Part shown: positions 1 to 12,576 of the stretch, piece by piece | Position numbering within the stretch: position 1 is the first letter of the stretch | Layout: the number at the start of each line of letters is the position of its first letter | The notes under the pieces: generated by a model | Database searches by the model: none | Told to the model about the DNA's origin: nothing | What the model saw: the letters and a program-made list of their open reading frames with translations, nothing else | DNA from: Blastocystis sp. Blastoise | Taxonomy: Eukaryota; Protista; Bigyra: Opalinata | Assembly (NCBI GenBank): GCA_039096225.1 | Contig: JBBPEB010000006.1 | Location: 744,001-808,000, forward strand | Reading direction: 5' to 3' | Length of the DNA stretch: 64,000 bases | Made by a program: the position numbers and the translations under genes

Positions 1-872
1 TCCGCATGGGAATTTCTTTGTAATCTTCTTTTAATATAGACCCAAAGATGTTCAATGGGATTAAGGTCTGGGGACTGTGGAGGCCAATCAATCACTGTAA
101 GTTGAGCAGTTTTAAAGAAACTATTCATCTTTTTTGACTTGTGAATAGGAGCATTATCCTGTTGGAATACCATAGTTTTGGGGTCAATTTGCAATTTTTC
201 CACGGTTGACGGAAGAGTTCGACCAAGAGTTTCTCCATACTTTAATGATGTCACATGACCATCAAGGACCTCCATTTGACCAGCACCATGTTGCGTCATA
301 CATCCCCAAATCATAATCGATTTTCCATCGTTTTTCATGGTTGGAATGATTTCTGACGGCTTATTTGGAGAACCAGGTTTCTTCCAATAGTATTCTTGAA
401 AGGTTGATTGATGTGTTCTAATAGAACACTCGTCAGACCAGAGGACGTTTTCCCAGAAACTTATTGGCATATTTCGGTATTTTAAACACCAATCCAATCG
501 GACTTTTCTATTTTTCTCCGATATGAGTGGTTTATGAAGCTTCTTTTTGGCGACGTAACCAACAGCATGGAGTCCTCTAATAAAGGACCTTTTTGAGACA
601 TGAGTACCGGTTTTCTTTTGGAAGATATCCAATAAAACGCTAGAGTTCTCAGAGCTTTTTGGGACAATATTATTGATTTCTCGTAAATTAGAAGGAGTTA
701 AAACTTGTGGTCTTCCACCTTTCTTAGTTGACTTGGACATATTGTATTGGGACCTTCTACGGGCAACAGTTCTAAGCGAACAATGAAAATGAATGGCAAT
801 CTGTTCATCCGTGTACCCGTCTCTTATCATCTTTCTAAACTCTCTTTCAGTTATAACGACGTATTTACCCAT
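1..872 (-). CDS. Tc1-family DD34E transposase (C-terminus runs off the window)
   Basis: Manual translation from ATG at 872 is open to position 1 (~290 codons): MGKYVVITEREFRKMIRDGYTDEQIAIHFHCSLRTVARR...GGRPQVLT (HTH plus GRP linker)...VLWSDEC...IMIWGCM...VFQQDNAPIH...WPPQSPDLNPIEHLW. There are 34 residues between the second D and the E. The ORF track missed it, probably because no stop lies in the window. Confidence 0.96.
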   Translation of the reverse strand, partial: MGKYVVITEREFRKMIRDGYTDEQIAIHFHCSLRTVARRRSQYNMSKSTKKGGRPQVLTPSNLREINNIVPKSSENSSVLLDIFQKKTGTHVSKRSFIRGLHAVGYVAKKKLHKPLISEKNRKVRLDWCLKYRNMPISFWENVLWSDECSIRTHQSTFQEYYWKKPGSPNKPSEIIPTMKNDGKSIMIWGCMTQHGAGQMEVLDGHVTSLKYGETLGRTLPSTVEKLQIDPKTMVFQQDNAPIHKSKKMNSFFKTAQLTVIDWPPQSPDLNPIEHLWVYIKRRLQRNSHA

Positions 873-1101
873 ACACAACTTATTTTTAAAGAATAAAACT
901 ATTTTTAAAGGGTTAAAAAAGGTCTCAGAGTAATTGTGTTCCAATTAAAATTTCTGTTTTTCCAAAACCACTAATTATATATTCTAGAAATTTCTAGAAT
1001 ATATTCTACATGTTATTACAATTCAAACAAAAAAAACCGCGTCAAAAAATTCCCCGTAACTATTGAAAACGATAAGGGTTGTCAGGTTTTGGCACTGATT
1101 G
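1..1101 (-). mobile_element. Tc1/mariner DNA transposon, 5' part including putative terminal inverted repeat
   Basis: Transposase as above. Reading the minus strand from 1103 gives TA|CAATCAGTGCCAAAACCTGACAACCC, a TA target dinucleotide followed by a Tc1-like terminus. GC content is higher than in the flanking DNA. The partner TIR lies outside the window. Confidence 0.82.
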
Positions 1102-1328
1102 TACTTTCAAAAGATGAGATTTCATCATAAAAATACTATTTATACTATTTCTATTTGAGATTCTTGACGAAGACTATCGTAGTCGATGACAATTCTTACG
1201 TAAAGAAGAAATCCATATATTATTGGTTCAAAGAATCAAAGGGAAATCAAATTGAATTCTCCTCAATTGTTTAGATTTCATTTTTTTGACATTTTTATTT
1301 TATTTTCATATTTTTTTATTATTTGAAA

Positions 1329-2816
1329 ATGGTAAAAGAAAAGGTAGAATACGATAATAATAAGAATGGTGATATTCAGAAGAATATAATTCACTTTGAA
1401 CAACTAGTTGTTGATTTGATTGGTCTTTTCAGTAAGTCAATTAGTTTCTGTAATCACTCTGGTGAATTCATCAATGAATTAATCAAACAATTAACTAGAA
1501 ATAATGAAGAAATCAATCATAAAAATGAAGATGAGAAACAAGAAATTCTTCAAAATGATTCTTTTATTCATGAAAATAATGTTAATATGGATAATGATGA
1601 TGATGATGATGTGGATTTGATACGTTTTTCAAATAGTGGTCCGGTTTATTGTCTTCCTAAAAGAATAACAAACAGTTTAGAAGGTAGTTTAATTCATGAA
1701 TATTCTGAAGAAAGTCAAAGAGCTAGTGATGGAAGTATTTATTTAGATTATCGTAATGATGATACTTTTGTTCCTTATGTTATGGATAAATTAATGAATA
1801 AGAAAATAGATATTGAAGTATTAAACATGAAAGATCAAATTGGTTTATTAAATTTATTTGAATATTGTGGTTTACCTATTCCTGAAGAATTAATGAATTG
1901 TAGAGAAAGAAGAAATAGTACAATGAAGCACTATTCTTATGGTGATGAAGTTATTCTGTGTATAAATGATAAGAGGGATGATATATTACGTGATTATTGG
2001 AAGAAGAATGGAATATGGTATGATGTTGTTAATAAGTATTGTTATGGATATGTAGATTATGATGAGAAAACAAATATTATGTCTATTAAGATGAATTATA
2101 CATATATTGATTATATAGATTATTATATACTTAATGAATGTATATTTATTGAAGACAAAAACAATGAAAATCTTAATAAAGAACTATTAGAAAAAGAAAT
2201 GGTTGAATTATTTGGTGATGAAGGAAAAGAAGCAGTTAAAGAGGTAATGATGAAAATAAGAACTGTATTTATGAATTCCACTATAATTGAAAAGAAATGT
2301 TTTGAAACTCCCTTAGTGAATTGGCTTGGTAAAGAAAAGAAATGGAAATTATTATATAGAGCAAGTGAACATGATTATTTATTAAGTGAATTCCATAAAT
2401 ATTGTGACAATAAAGGAGAAACAATTGTGTTGGTTAAACATATAGGTCATAATAATCATGTGAATATTTTTGGAGGATATACTGATCAAAGTTGGGATAG
2501 TTCAATTATAAAGCCTTATTCTAAAGAATTTCTCTTTACATTAAGTAATGAACATGGTATTCCTCCTACAAAATATGATCATAATGGTCATGGTAGAGGT
2601 ATTTGGTGTGATCCAACTTTTGGTCCTGTTTTTGGAAGTACAGATCTAGTTATACGTGATGATTGTCATAAAGATAATAATAATAGTTGGAATACGTTTG
2701 GATCTTTTACTACTATTCAAACTCCTCAAAAGAACTCTTTATTTGTGAATACAAATAAACCAGATGTCAAGAATAAATTTATATTAGAAGATTATGAAGT
2801 ATGGGGAAGAGCTTAA
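1329..2816 (+). CDS. BTB/POZ-like plus TLDc domain protein (intronless)
   Basis: C-terminal TLDc motifs: WKLLYRASEH..EFHKYCDNKGETIVLVK, IFGGYT, FLFTL, GPVFG..DL, DYEVW. N-terminal KCTD-type BTB-like segment IRFSNSGPVYCLPKRI...DGSIYLDY. First ATG is at 1329. Confidence 0.9.
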   Translation: MVKEKVEYDNNKNGDIQKNIIHFEQLVVDLIGLFSKSISFCNHSGEFINELIKQLTRNNEEINHKNEDEKQEILQNDSFIHENNVNMDNDDDDDVDLIRFSNSGPVYCLPKRITNSLEGSLIHEYSEESQRASDGSIYLDYRNDDTFVPYVMDKLMNKKIDIEVLNMKDQIGLLNLFEYCGLPIPEELMNCRERRNSTMKHYSYGDEVILCINDKRDDILRDYWKKNGIWYDVVNKYCYGYVDYDEKTNIMSIKMNYTYIDYIDYYILNECIFIEDKNNENLNKELLEKEMVELFGDEGKEAVKEVMMKIRTVFMNSTIIEKKCFETPLVNWLGKEKKWKLLYRASEHDYLLSEFHKYCDNKGETIVLVKHIGHNNHVNIFGGYTDQSWDSSIIKPYSKEFLFTLSNEHGIPPTKYDHNGHGRGIWCDPTFGPVFGSTDLVIRDDCHKDNNNSWNTFGSFTTIQTPQKNSLFVNTNKPDVKNKFILEDYEVWGRA

Positions 2817-3201
2817 ATATCCTAAGATTTCATTCATATATTAATAAAAAAATTTCTTGTATAATTTTATATTGAATTTTCAACCATTATTCTATTTATA
2901 TTAATTTGTTTGTTTGTTTTTTCTTTCTTTCTTTCTATTGTTGTTATGTTTATACATTAATTATATGTATATAATATTATTTAATTGTATATCTATATAT
3001 TTTGATGAACTAGTTCAGTTGCAAAATATCTCAAAATAAACTTAAGTATACTTTTTTTCTTTATAAGTAAACTTTGTTTAATACTTTTTCTGTCACATTT
3101 AATCATAATAATAATTAAACAACATTTTACTCAATGAATAATAGATATATTAAGTTAATTCTTTTATAAAAAAATGTTATATGAAAATATAAGAAAGACT
3201 T

Positions 3202-5549
3202 TTACATAATGATATCATCAGAAATAGTAGGTGAGTATGTTAAAAGTTTAAAATAATGATTAGAATTCTCTTTATATTTTAGAATTTTTGCTGTATATAA
3301 AGTAAAGTCAATTTTAGCTATATATAATATGTAATATATAATAGATATATAATATATATACCATCAATACATAAATTAAGTTCTTTCAAACAAGGGAATG
3401 TATCATTTATAATAAAATCAATAAAAGTATCTAATATTTTTGTATCATTTGCAACTATAAATAATATATATTAAAAATAAAAGATATATAACTTTTATAG
3501 TTAATATATATAAATACATAAAACAAGATAATAAATAGTCTTCATATAATCCATATTAAATTGATTAATTATATATTGATTATATATAGAGCAACTATCA
3601 ATATTTCTACTTATTTCTTTACACATTATTATAGAATTGATATCATTTTTTAATAAATGATATATATGTGGAAATGAATGCAAGACATTCTCAATATACA
3701 TATTATTATTTCTAAAGGCTATAAATATTAGAAAATACTATAATAAGTATATATAATAAATAGTAAGAAATAAAACATATATAGTATGTAGTAGATAATA
3801 AGCATATATATTATGATTATATATATACATGAATCATAAGTTAGAATAGAAATAGTTGTTAACAAAGGAACATGAATAGCATTATTATCTTGAAAATCAT
3901 ATATATATGATGTTAAATCTAAGATATTGAAGGATTCTGCTATATATAGAATATATAGAATAAATTTTAAAACGTATAATTATAATATATTAAACATATA
4001 TATATAAATACTATGAACACCAATTTTCAGTGATTTAAGTTTAGTGAATTTATTATTATCAAAATAGTAAAATAAAATATTGAATATATCTTTTAAATTA
4101 GTGTTTCTACCTATATATATTATAAACTAGAATTATATATTCTTATAATATATTAGTCAATAAATGATGTATATATATTTATTAATATATATATATATAT
4201 ATATTAATATATCTATATATTCTACAATGTATATATATACAAAAACAGATTGTAAGATCTTGAATATTAGTCCATAAAGGAAGATCTTCACAATGTTTTA
4301 ATATATACATGCAATCAATATAATTAGCAGCTATATATATATAGAATAATAATATATATAGAGTATAAAAATATCTAGTATATCATATATTCAGAATAAA
4401 ACTATAAAAGAAATGTTATAAAATATATTATATATATACATCCTAAATATAGTGTTTGAATTTGATCCGAAAATAACGATAAAAACTCATATATATGAAT
4501 ATCTTCCTTATTTAAATAGTTATTATTATGATTCTCAAATAAACTAAATATATATCCATTTTGGAGTATTGTTTCTTTAATTTCTAATGTATTAACTTGT
4601 TCATAGTCTATTGTGGATAATACATTTAAGAATTCATGCATATATAGATCTTCAAAAGAATCTTTATATTCAACTATAAAAATAGTATTATAAATAATTA
4701 TTACATATATAATAGTATACAAAGAATAGAGAGAGTTTTCAAGTTCACGGTATTTACAGTTGTATATATATGTTGATAATAATCTAAGGCATTAACTGAC
4801 GTTATATCTAATTCTAAAGAATGATTTTTATATAATAATACTTAGTATAAGAAATATAAGAAGAGTAGAAATATTAAATATAATGATGAATATAAATATA
4901 ATAATAAACAATCAGAAATATAATAATTATAATATATATATACTAATATAAAGTTGATTTGGTTTATATATATTTAAATCAAAAAGAGAAAGATCTGACA
5001 TAATAATAGGTACATTACTTACTATATAATTAAATAATTATGTATATAAATATCATAATTATATATATATATATATACAATTAAAATACATATTTTCAAC
5101 TTCTAATGCACCTATATTATATAATTGAAACCATATTAAATTATATCGATTAATAAACAAACTGGCTATATATATAACGTTATTATTCTATTCTTTTTTA
5201 CAATTAATAATAAATATAATTACATATATATTATATATATATACTATGAAGAATAAATTCATGATTTCTCCTTAATTCGATTAATTTCTCTATCGTGTAA
5301 TCTTCTAGAAGATTAAAAAACATAACTTCATCTTCTTCTTGATTTCTTACAAGTAATATAGTATCTATAATTGTATATATAGATGATTGTGATATTAAAG
5401 AGTCAATCCATGTGTATTGAGTTATATTTGATGGATTCTTAATAAATCCACATAAATCTAATATATGTAATTTTGGAAAAGAATTTATTGATATAGAACT
5501 AAATAATTTTGATAATAAAAAACAATCATAATCTGTTTTATTTTCTATG

Positions 5550-5593
<44 letters not shown>

Positions 5594-7541
5594 AATAGAT
5601 ATTATATATGTACCTTCAATAATAAGTGTTGTTAGATTTGGGAAAATATGGTTTGAAATAATATCAACAAATAAATATATATATTCTTTATAGCAATCTA
5701 GACTAATAACTATATATAATTATATATATAACTATAAATATATATATATACAGTCTAGGAAATTCATCATTTGAATAGTATCAAAATATCCATCTCTTAA
5801 TGCCTTTAAAAGTGGCGGGATTTCTATTTGAAATAATCCATTCTGTTTATCTATATCATAATATTATATTATTTATATATATAGTTATTATTATCATTAT
5901 ATAATATATAAAGCATTATTAGAGTCTGTTTACAACTATACATATATTTATATACTATTATTAATAACTGTTTTTAACTGCTTACATATAGGCATATTTA
6001 ATATATATGAAAAAACATTATTAAAATGGAATTCTTTTATTCTATAAAATAGTATATATAAATATATAAATATAATTACTTTAATATTGGATGAATAATA
6101 TCTCGAACTATAATGACAAATAGTAAGTAACAATTATAAATAAAATAATTTTAAAGTATAATAATACATATAAGAATAAGAAATAGAATAATTTTAAAAG
6201 TATATACTTAATAGAATAATAATAATAATACATACTACCATTAGAATCTTCAAATAAAAAAGCAATACAATCATATTCATAAGATAAATAGTGATTCTTA
6301 TCATTCTCAGGTATAGATTCTTCAATATATTTACTTGAATTATTTAATATACATTCTATATATAAATCAGGTTTTTCTTTTTTTCTATTTTTAATCTCTT
6401 TAACTTCATTACTAATATTATTGTTTTCATCTTTTTTAATACCTTGATTCCCTTGGTTATTCTCTATTTCTGAATGAATCTGATATTTAAATAATCCATA
6501 TTCATCACGTTCATAATCACTATATGTATACCCATAATTCTCTCTTAAATAATCTTCATTATTATACAAACGTTTATATTCTTTATATAATAATTCATAA
6601 TGAAAATCAGTAGATGGAATTCGAATTTCTTTATAATTTAAATAATAGTAAGCTATATATATATATAAATATCATCAAGAAATATAGCATATACGATAAA
6701 TATCATATTCAATTAGTTTAGGAAAGATAGTATGTAAATTGGAGGGATATATATATTCATAAGAAATATCTTTAGAAAAACCAACTATAGATATCATTTA
6801 ATAAATAATGAATAGATATATATATATATACAAAAGACAATAACTGTTGTTACATCAAATAAATCAAATAAGCATGAATATTCCATAAATAATGCATTTC
6901 TCTCTTTAGTAAATATACCTATAATAAATATATAGATATTAATAATTTAACTAAATATAAATACATATTAATAAATATAGAACACAAAGAATCTTAGTAT
7001 ATATATATTTATTTACTTTCCAAATAGAATATAGTATTCTTATGATCTGAAAAAGAGTTTCCACTTAAATTTCTACGCTTAACAGGCTTTTTAGTGTTAT
7101 AATGCAATTCAACATTATTTTCTTCAGTAAATTTGTTAAATGCCTCTAGTAAATAGTTTCTTAAAGTTTTTTCATATATAATAGCATCATCCCCAATGAA
7201 GTATCTGACTGATTTATACATACCATACACATCATTAACTGAAAGCGAGGAATCTAAAGCCAAATCACCATTCATGTATTGTATTACTTTTTCAATAAAT
7301 AATGGTTTGAAGTCTATATAATATGCATTGTCACTCTCTATATAATTTTGGTTATTATCAAACACTTTGTACAACAATGATTTCGGGTAATTTTTCAAAA
7401 AAGACAAAGTAACGCTCACACGAGTCTCATCTTGGAAAATAAACCGAACTATTTGTTTTGTAGATTGATAAAAATAATAGTATACTTTAAAATACTTTGT
7501 TTTGCATCATCAGTTACCATTTCAGATTTTTGTTCTGCCAT
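3202..7541 (-). CDS. Multi-exon protein with N-terminal BTB/POZ-like domain and a C-terminal LRR-like region
   Basis: ATG at 7541. After a short intron it reads IRFIFQDETRVSVTLSFLKNYPKSLLY...AYYIDFKPLFIEKVIQYM (BTB-like). Many short exons follow with LRR-like FPNLTTLIIE, FPKLHILDL and FPCLKELNL segments. The last exon ends DDIIM-TAA at 3202. Internal exon borders are not all resolved. Confidence 0.65.
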
Positions 7542-7743
7542 TTTTTCTATTCACAATGATTGATTCACTTTTCTACTTCAAGAATATATGATTTCTTGGG
7601 AATCCAAATAAAAGTATATAGTTTTAACTAGAATTTTTAATTTTGGAATAAGAGTTCGCTAAACTCGGCTTTGAGTATGGTGTGTATACCAAGAGAGTTT
7701 TTCTCTACGCCTTGAGAGCCAGAAGATTCTTCTTAAAATTTGT

Positions 7744-7841
7744 TTTTTGAGGAAATTTGTATACCAAGAAAGTCTTTTTCTGAGGAAATTTGTATACCAA
7801 GAAATTCTTTTTTTTGGAAAATTTGTATACCAAGAAAGTCT
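7744..7841. repeat. 33-bp tandem repeat x3 (core TGTATACCAAGAAA) between divergent genes
   Basis: TGTATACCAAG occurs at 7758, 7791 and 7824 (period 33), with a further degenerate copy at 7683. Confidence 0.9.
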
Positions 7842-8027
7842 TCATGGAAAAACCCACCAATTTGATTTTAAAACTCAGAAAGTATTCGTTTATTTACTAA
7901 AAAAACACTTCATGTTTTTCAAACTTGTTAAATGATTTCAAAGTTTTTTTATATTTCTAATCATATTTATTTTTCCATAAGCAACTCTTTTATTCTTTAT
8001 TCATTATAGTTATAGAGTTGAGTGAAT

Positions 8028-9064
8028 ATGGTACATGATTTTGGTGATATGCAGAAGGATTTGCTTCATTTTAAAGGGTTAATTGGTGATTTGATAGGAA
8101 TCTTAGGTAAGTCAATAAGTTTTTGTATTCATTCTGGTGAATCTGTTAATGATTTACTGAAGCATTATCTTAATAAAGAAGAACGATATGATGTTGATTC
8201 ACCAGTGTTGATCCAAGAAACATTAGATATTCATCAATCAGAAATAGAAGCCAATAATGATGATAGTACTGGTATTGATTATATTCGATTTACGAATTCT
8301 GGAGTTGTTTATTCGCTTCCTAAAAGAATAATAAATAGTTTAGAAGGTAGTTTCATTCTTGAGCAATCTGGAGACGATCAAAGGACAATAGATGGTTCTA
8401 TATATTTAGATTATCCTTATGATGATTCTTGTGCTCCGTTACTTGTAGATTCTTTAATGAATAAGAAGATTGATCTAAGTCATTATGATTATGTGAATAA
8501 ATTAGATTTATTACAGATGTTTGAGTTTTGTGAGGTTCCACTTCCTGAAGAATTGGTTTCTACTTATGAGCGAAGAAGTACAAAGCAGAAAAAATATAAC
8601 AAAGGTGATTCTGTAACTTTATATATTAATGATGAGAAAGATACGATTGTAAGTGGGTATTTAGTACAGAATGATTTATGGGATAGATTTATTATGGCGT
8701 ATAATAATGGATATGTAGATTATAATCATATGGATGATTCGTTATTTATTAGTACGAAATATCAATATATAGAATATATACATGAATATATAAAAACGAA
8801 GAGTTTGGATATACCTACAGAAAAGGTTTGTAATATAAATAAGGAGATATTTAAGAAAGAAATGTTTAGTTTATTTAGTTTTGAAGGACAAGAAGCTGCT
8901 TTAGAAGGAATTCTTTCATTTAAATGTTTCCCGGATACAAAAATACTGATTAATAAAGTTATAGAAGCTCCTTTGGGTATTTGGTTTGGAGAAAATAAAA
9001 AATGGAAATTATTATATAGGTATATATTTTAGTTTCAATATTATTATTGTATATAGTATATTTG

Positions 9065-9115
<51 letters not shown>

Positions 9116-9293
9116 GAGCAAGTGAACATGAATATTCTGCAAGTGAATTTCACAAATATTGTGATAACAAAGGAGAAACAGTAACTCTAATAAAATATTT
9201 AGGTTATAATAATTTTATTAATATAATTGGAGGATATACAAACCAAAACTGGTCTGGTGAAAAAGATAAGAAAAGTATGCTATTATATATTTA

Positions 9294-9375
<82 letters not shown>

Positions 9376-9702
9376 GATAATGAGGATCAATCATCTTCTA
9401 CTTCAATATTTACATTATGTAATGAGAACGAGATGCCTCCTACAAGATATTTAGTTTCTGATCTTTTCTCAAATGGAATTTCTTGTGATCCGTTACTTGG
9501 TCCTTGTTTTGGAAATAATGATATACATATTTCAGATAAATGCCGTTTTTGTTTAGATTCTTATTATAATGCATCAACATTTAAAAGTCAAAATTCTCCT
9601 CGAAAAAGTTTTCTTTTTAGTACTCTTGATTCTAAATCGTTAAGTCATATTATTATTGATGATTATGAAGTTTTTGGAGTTGATACTGATACTCACGTTT
9701 AA
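8028..9702 (+). CDS. BTB/POZ-like plus TLDc domain protein, two-intron paralogue of 1329..2816
   Basis: Clearly similar to 1329..2816 (IRFTNSGVVYSLPKRIINSLEGS, DGSIYLDY, WKLLYRASEH..EFHKYCDNKGET). Introns at 9020..9116 and 9275..9376 (GT..AG) join ORFs 8022 and 8986 into one frame. First ATG is at ~8028. Confidence 0.88.
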
Positions 9703-11467
9703 TTTATTTATTTTTTTTTATTCTTTTCTATTACTCTATATATTATTCTTTATTAGTATTAGTTTTATTTTTTTTTCTATGTTTTGTTCCTAAGGATAGT
9801 ATGCTATGAAATATTCAAATAATAATGATTCGACTCTGATAACTACATATACAAAACAAATGATTTTATATATAATGTTTATTCTCTGAATCAACTTAAA
9901 TAATAGATATCTATGATTGCTCAAATAGAAGTTATTTTAGAAACATTTATAATAATTATATCAATCATAGTATTAATATAGTTGCACATGATATAATGAT
10001 TACAAAAATTTTACACATTATTAAAAATATATATTTTTTTTTCTCAAATTAAGCTTTTATTTTAATGATATTTAAAATATAATGTATTAAAAATATTCTA
10101 TCAAAATTTTTATGTTTGATAAAACTGAACTATGATTAAATGAATCATTTTTTCTTGAAAGAAACGAATGAATAGAATTTTTTTTTCATTATTATATCGA
10201 ATTAATAATAGAGACTTTAAGAGAAATAATAACCGTATAATGATACATTCAAAAAAAGTATTATCAACTAGAAATAGGAACGGTAATTCAACAGCGATCA
10301 TGAAATCTATGTTCTTATGATTAAATAGAGTAGTAAATAATGTTCTATGCATATTATGTATGTGATATTAATAAAAATAAATCAGAATACTCTATTTGAA
10401 TTTCTGTATTTTTCAAATGATTTTCATTAACATATTATTCAAGAATTTATAATTGTTTCCAGTATTTTTTAAGACTATTTAAATCATTGGTTTTACTTTT
10501 TATCAATCTTTCTAGAAATAATTATGATGAACATACAATGAAATATCTTGTTTGATGCTTACTTCTATATCAGCAATGATGTAACATACTAATATATAAA
10601 AATATATATATTTCAATAGAATAAAATGACTCCCAACTTGATCAAAGTAGCCTCAAAAGTATCGTTTGATGCTTATTTTATATTGTATTTAATATATACA
10701 TACCTGACTTGTTAAACAATATATAAATAATATATTTAAAATGAGATTAACGTTTTTATAAACGATTTACGATATTTAATAAAAAATTTCAATAAAAAAA
10801 TCTGTGAATTCTTAAAAATAAAATAAAAAATGCTTCATTGATGACAATTAAATTGAATATTCTTTATTATATATTTTTTGCATATAATATAATGATTCTT
10901 ATTAGAAATAATGATAAAATATGATTTATTTGAGATGATGAATGTAATCATTATTAAAAACACATAATTATTTACGTTTTTATTATAAGGAAAGTGATGG
11001 GAAACATATATAACTAATATATAAAACAAAACAAGTGCAGAAAAAGTAAACAAAGACGACAATTAATACAATAAGATGACAAAACAAAAGTTTAATGAGT
11101 ACGATAAGCAAAGGATATATAGCAAAACGTAAGAGAAAGAAAATATAAAAAAAAATATGAATGAAGATTTAATAAAATGGTTCGTTGAACAACTCCTAGC
11201 ACATCATATATATATATATATATATGAAAGGAAAAGTATAATAATTGTGAAATATTAAAATAAAAATAACGAATATAACTAGTTGTTCATATATTTAGAG
11301 AAAAATAATAATGAATATTAAAAAAGTATGTAATTTGTAGAATTTGAAAATAAAAAAAACATAAAATTAAAATATAAATGTGAAAAATAATGAATATATA
11401 AAAGAAAGCAATAGATTTATCTTTATAAAATAGGTAATAAATGAAATTTCTCATGCGTTAATAAAGT

Positions 11468-12332
11468 TTATTCGAGTACTTCTGGATAAATAGGACAATT
11501 TCGAATTTCAGCAATAATATCCATTTCTACAGGAACACCCATGGGTAATGTATGAACACCAATAGCACTTCTTGCCTATATATAATAATCATAAATAGAA
11601 AGTAATATATAAATATATATAATATGATGTATATATAATATAATGTATATATAATATAATGTATATATAATATAATGTATATATAATATAATGTACATAT
11701 ACATGTTTTCCAGAATCTTCAAAGAAATTTACAAATAGATCAGAAGCACCGTTTAATACAAAAGGCGTATCTTCAAATGTAGAAATACAATTAACATATC
11801 CTGTTACCTAGAAAATATGTATATAATATATAATATATAATATATTATATATATATAATTTTATTACAAATTAAAACATTTTAAAATATAATAAATATAA
11901 TAAAAATAACTTTATATACTCGAATAAGGCGAACTACATTATCAAATGATCCTAAATGATCTATAAAAAAATGCATTTACGGTGTAGAGAAGCATAAATA
12001 AACAAGAAAAAGTAATAAAGAATAAAAACAAAACAAAAAACACATAAAATACGTTTCATAATAGCAAGAGCTGTAATAGCAGCCTGTTTAGCTGCTTCAT
12101 ATCCTTGACGTTCATCGAGATTCAGACCAATTTTTCCACGAATAAAACTTCCATCTGCTCTAACAGGAATGACACCAGATAAATAAAGCAGATTCTCATG
12201 CTTTACAACAGTTTCGTAATTCGCTATAGGTCTCATCACATTAGGAAGCTTAATACCTAATTCATTTAGACGTCTTACAGAACCAGCTTGTCGGACATAT
12301 TTTAATGTTCTGAAGCAAGATTTTGACAACAT
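11468..12332 (-). CDS. RidA/YjgF/YER057c/UK114 family enamine/imine deaminase with N-terminal presequence, 4 exons
   Basis: Motifs RLNELGIKLP..PIANY...LYLSG...GKIG...GYEAAK, VLNGASDLFV..F...GKH|ARSAIGVHTLPMGVPVEMDIIAEI. Stop at 11468-11470. The catalytic Arg (H-A-R-S-A) is present. Confidence 0.9.
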
Positions 12333-12576
12333 TGAAGTAATTTATGTATTATATTAAAAGATCACACTAAAGATGTATTGATTCCTTTATTTGAAGAAAT
12401 CGGGTTTTTGTTTTTGAATAGGGGAATTCATACGTTTCAGTAAGGAGACTTATGGGTTGCCTGAAGGAAAATAAACGGTCATTTGTTTTTCTTGTTTCGA
12501 CTGCTCAGGCGGTTTGTAACGATGTGATTGGTAAAACTGTCTGTCAAATAAAATAGTAAAAAATAAATAAATGTGT

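Noticed and set aside
482-667. 61-aa ORF in the track
   Set aside because: It is an out-of-frame shadow inside the Tc1 transposase on the same strand.
2908-2918. TGTTTGTT downstream of genes (also ~58426), suggesting Blastocystis-style stop codons created by polyadenylation
   Set aside because: Every gene whose end I traced has a genomic stop codon. The motif is only sporadically exact here, so it is at most a weak 3'-processing hint.
7744-7841. CRISPR-like appearance of the 33-bp repeats, and ORF 7747..7935
   Set aside because: There are no unique spacers or cas genes and the context is eukaryotic. The ORF simply translates the repeat.
10110-11062. Small ORFs 10110..10352 and 10835..11062
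   Set aside because: Composition is intergenic or UTR-like, with no domains or consistent splice structure.
12400-12545. GC-richer stretch between the Rid gene and tRNA-Asp as a possible ncRNA
   Set aside because: No recognisable snRNA, 5S or SRP motifs or convincing fold. It is more simply promoter sequence (it contains a minus-strand CCAAT).
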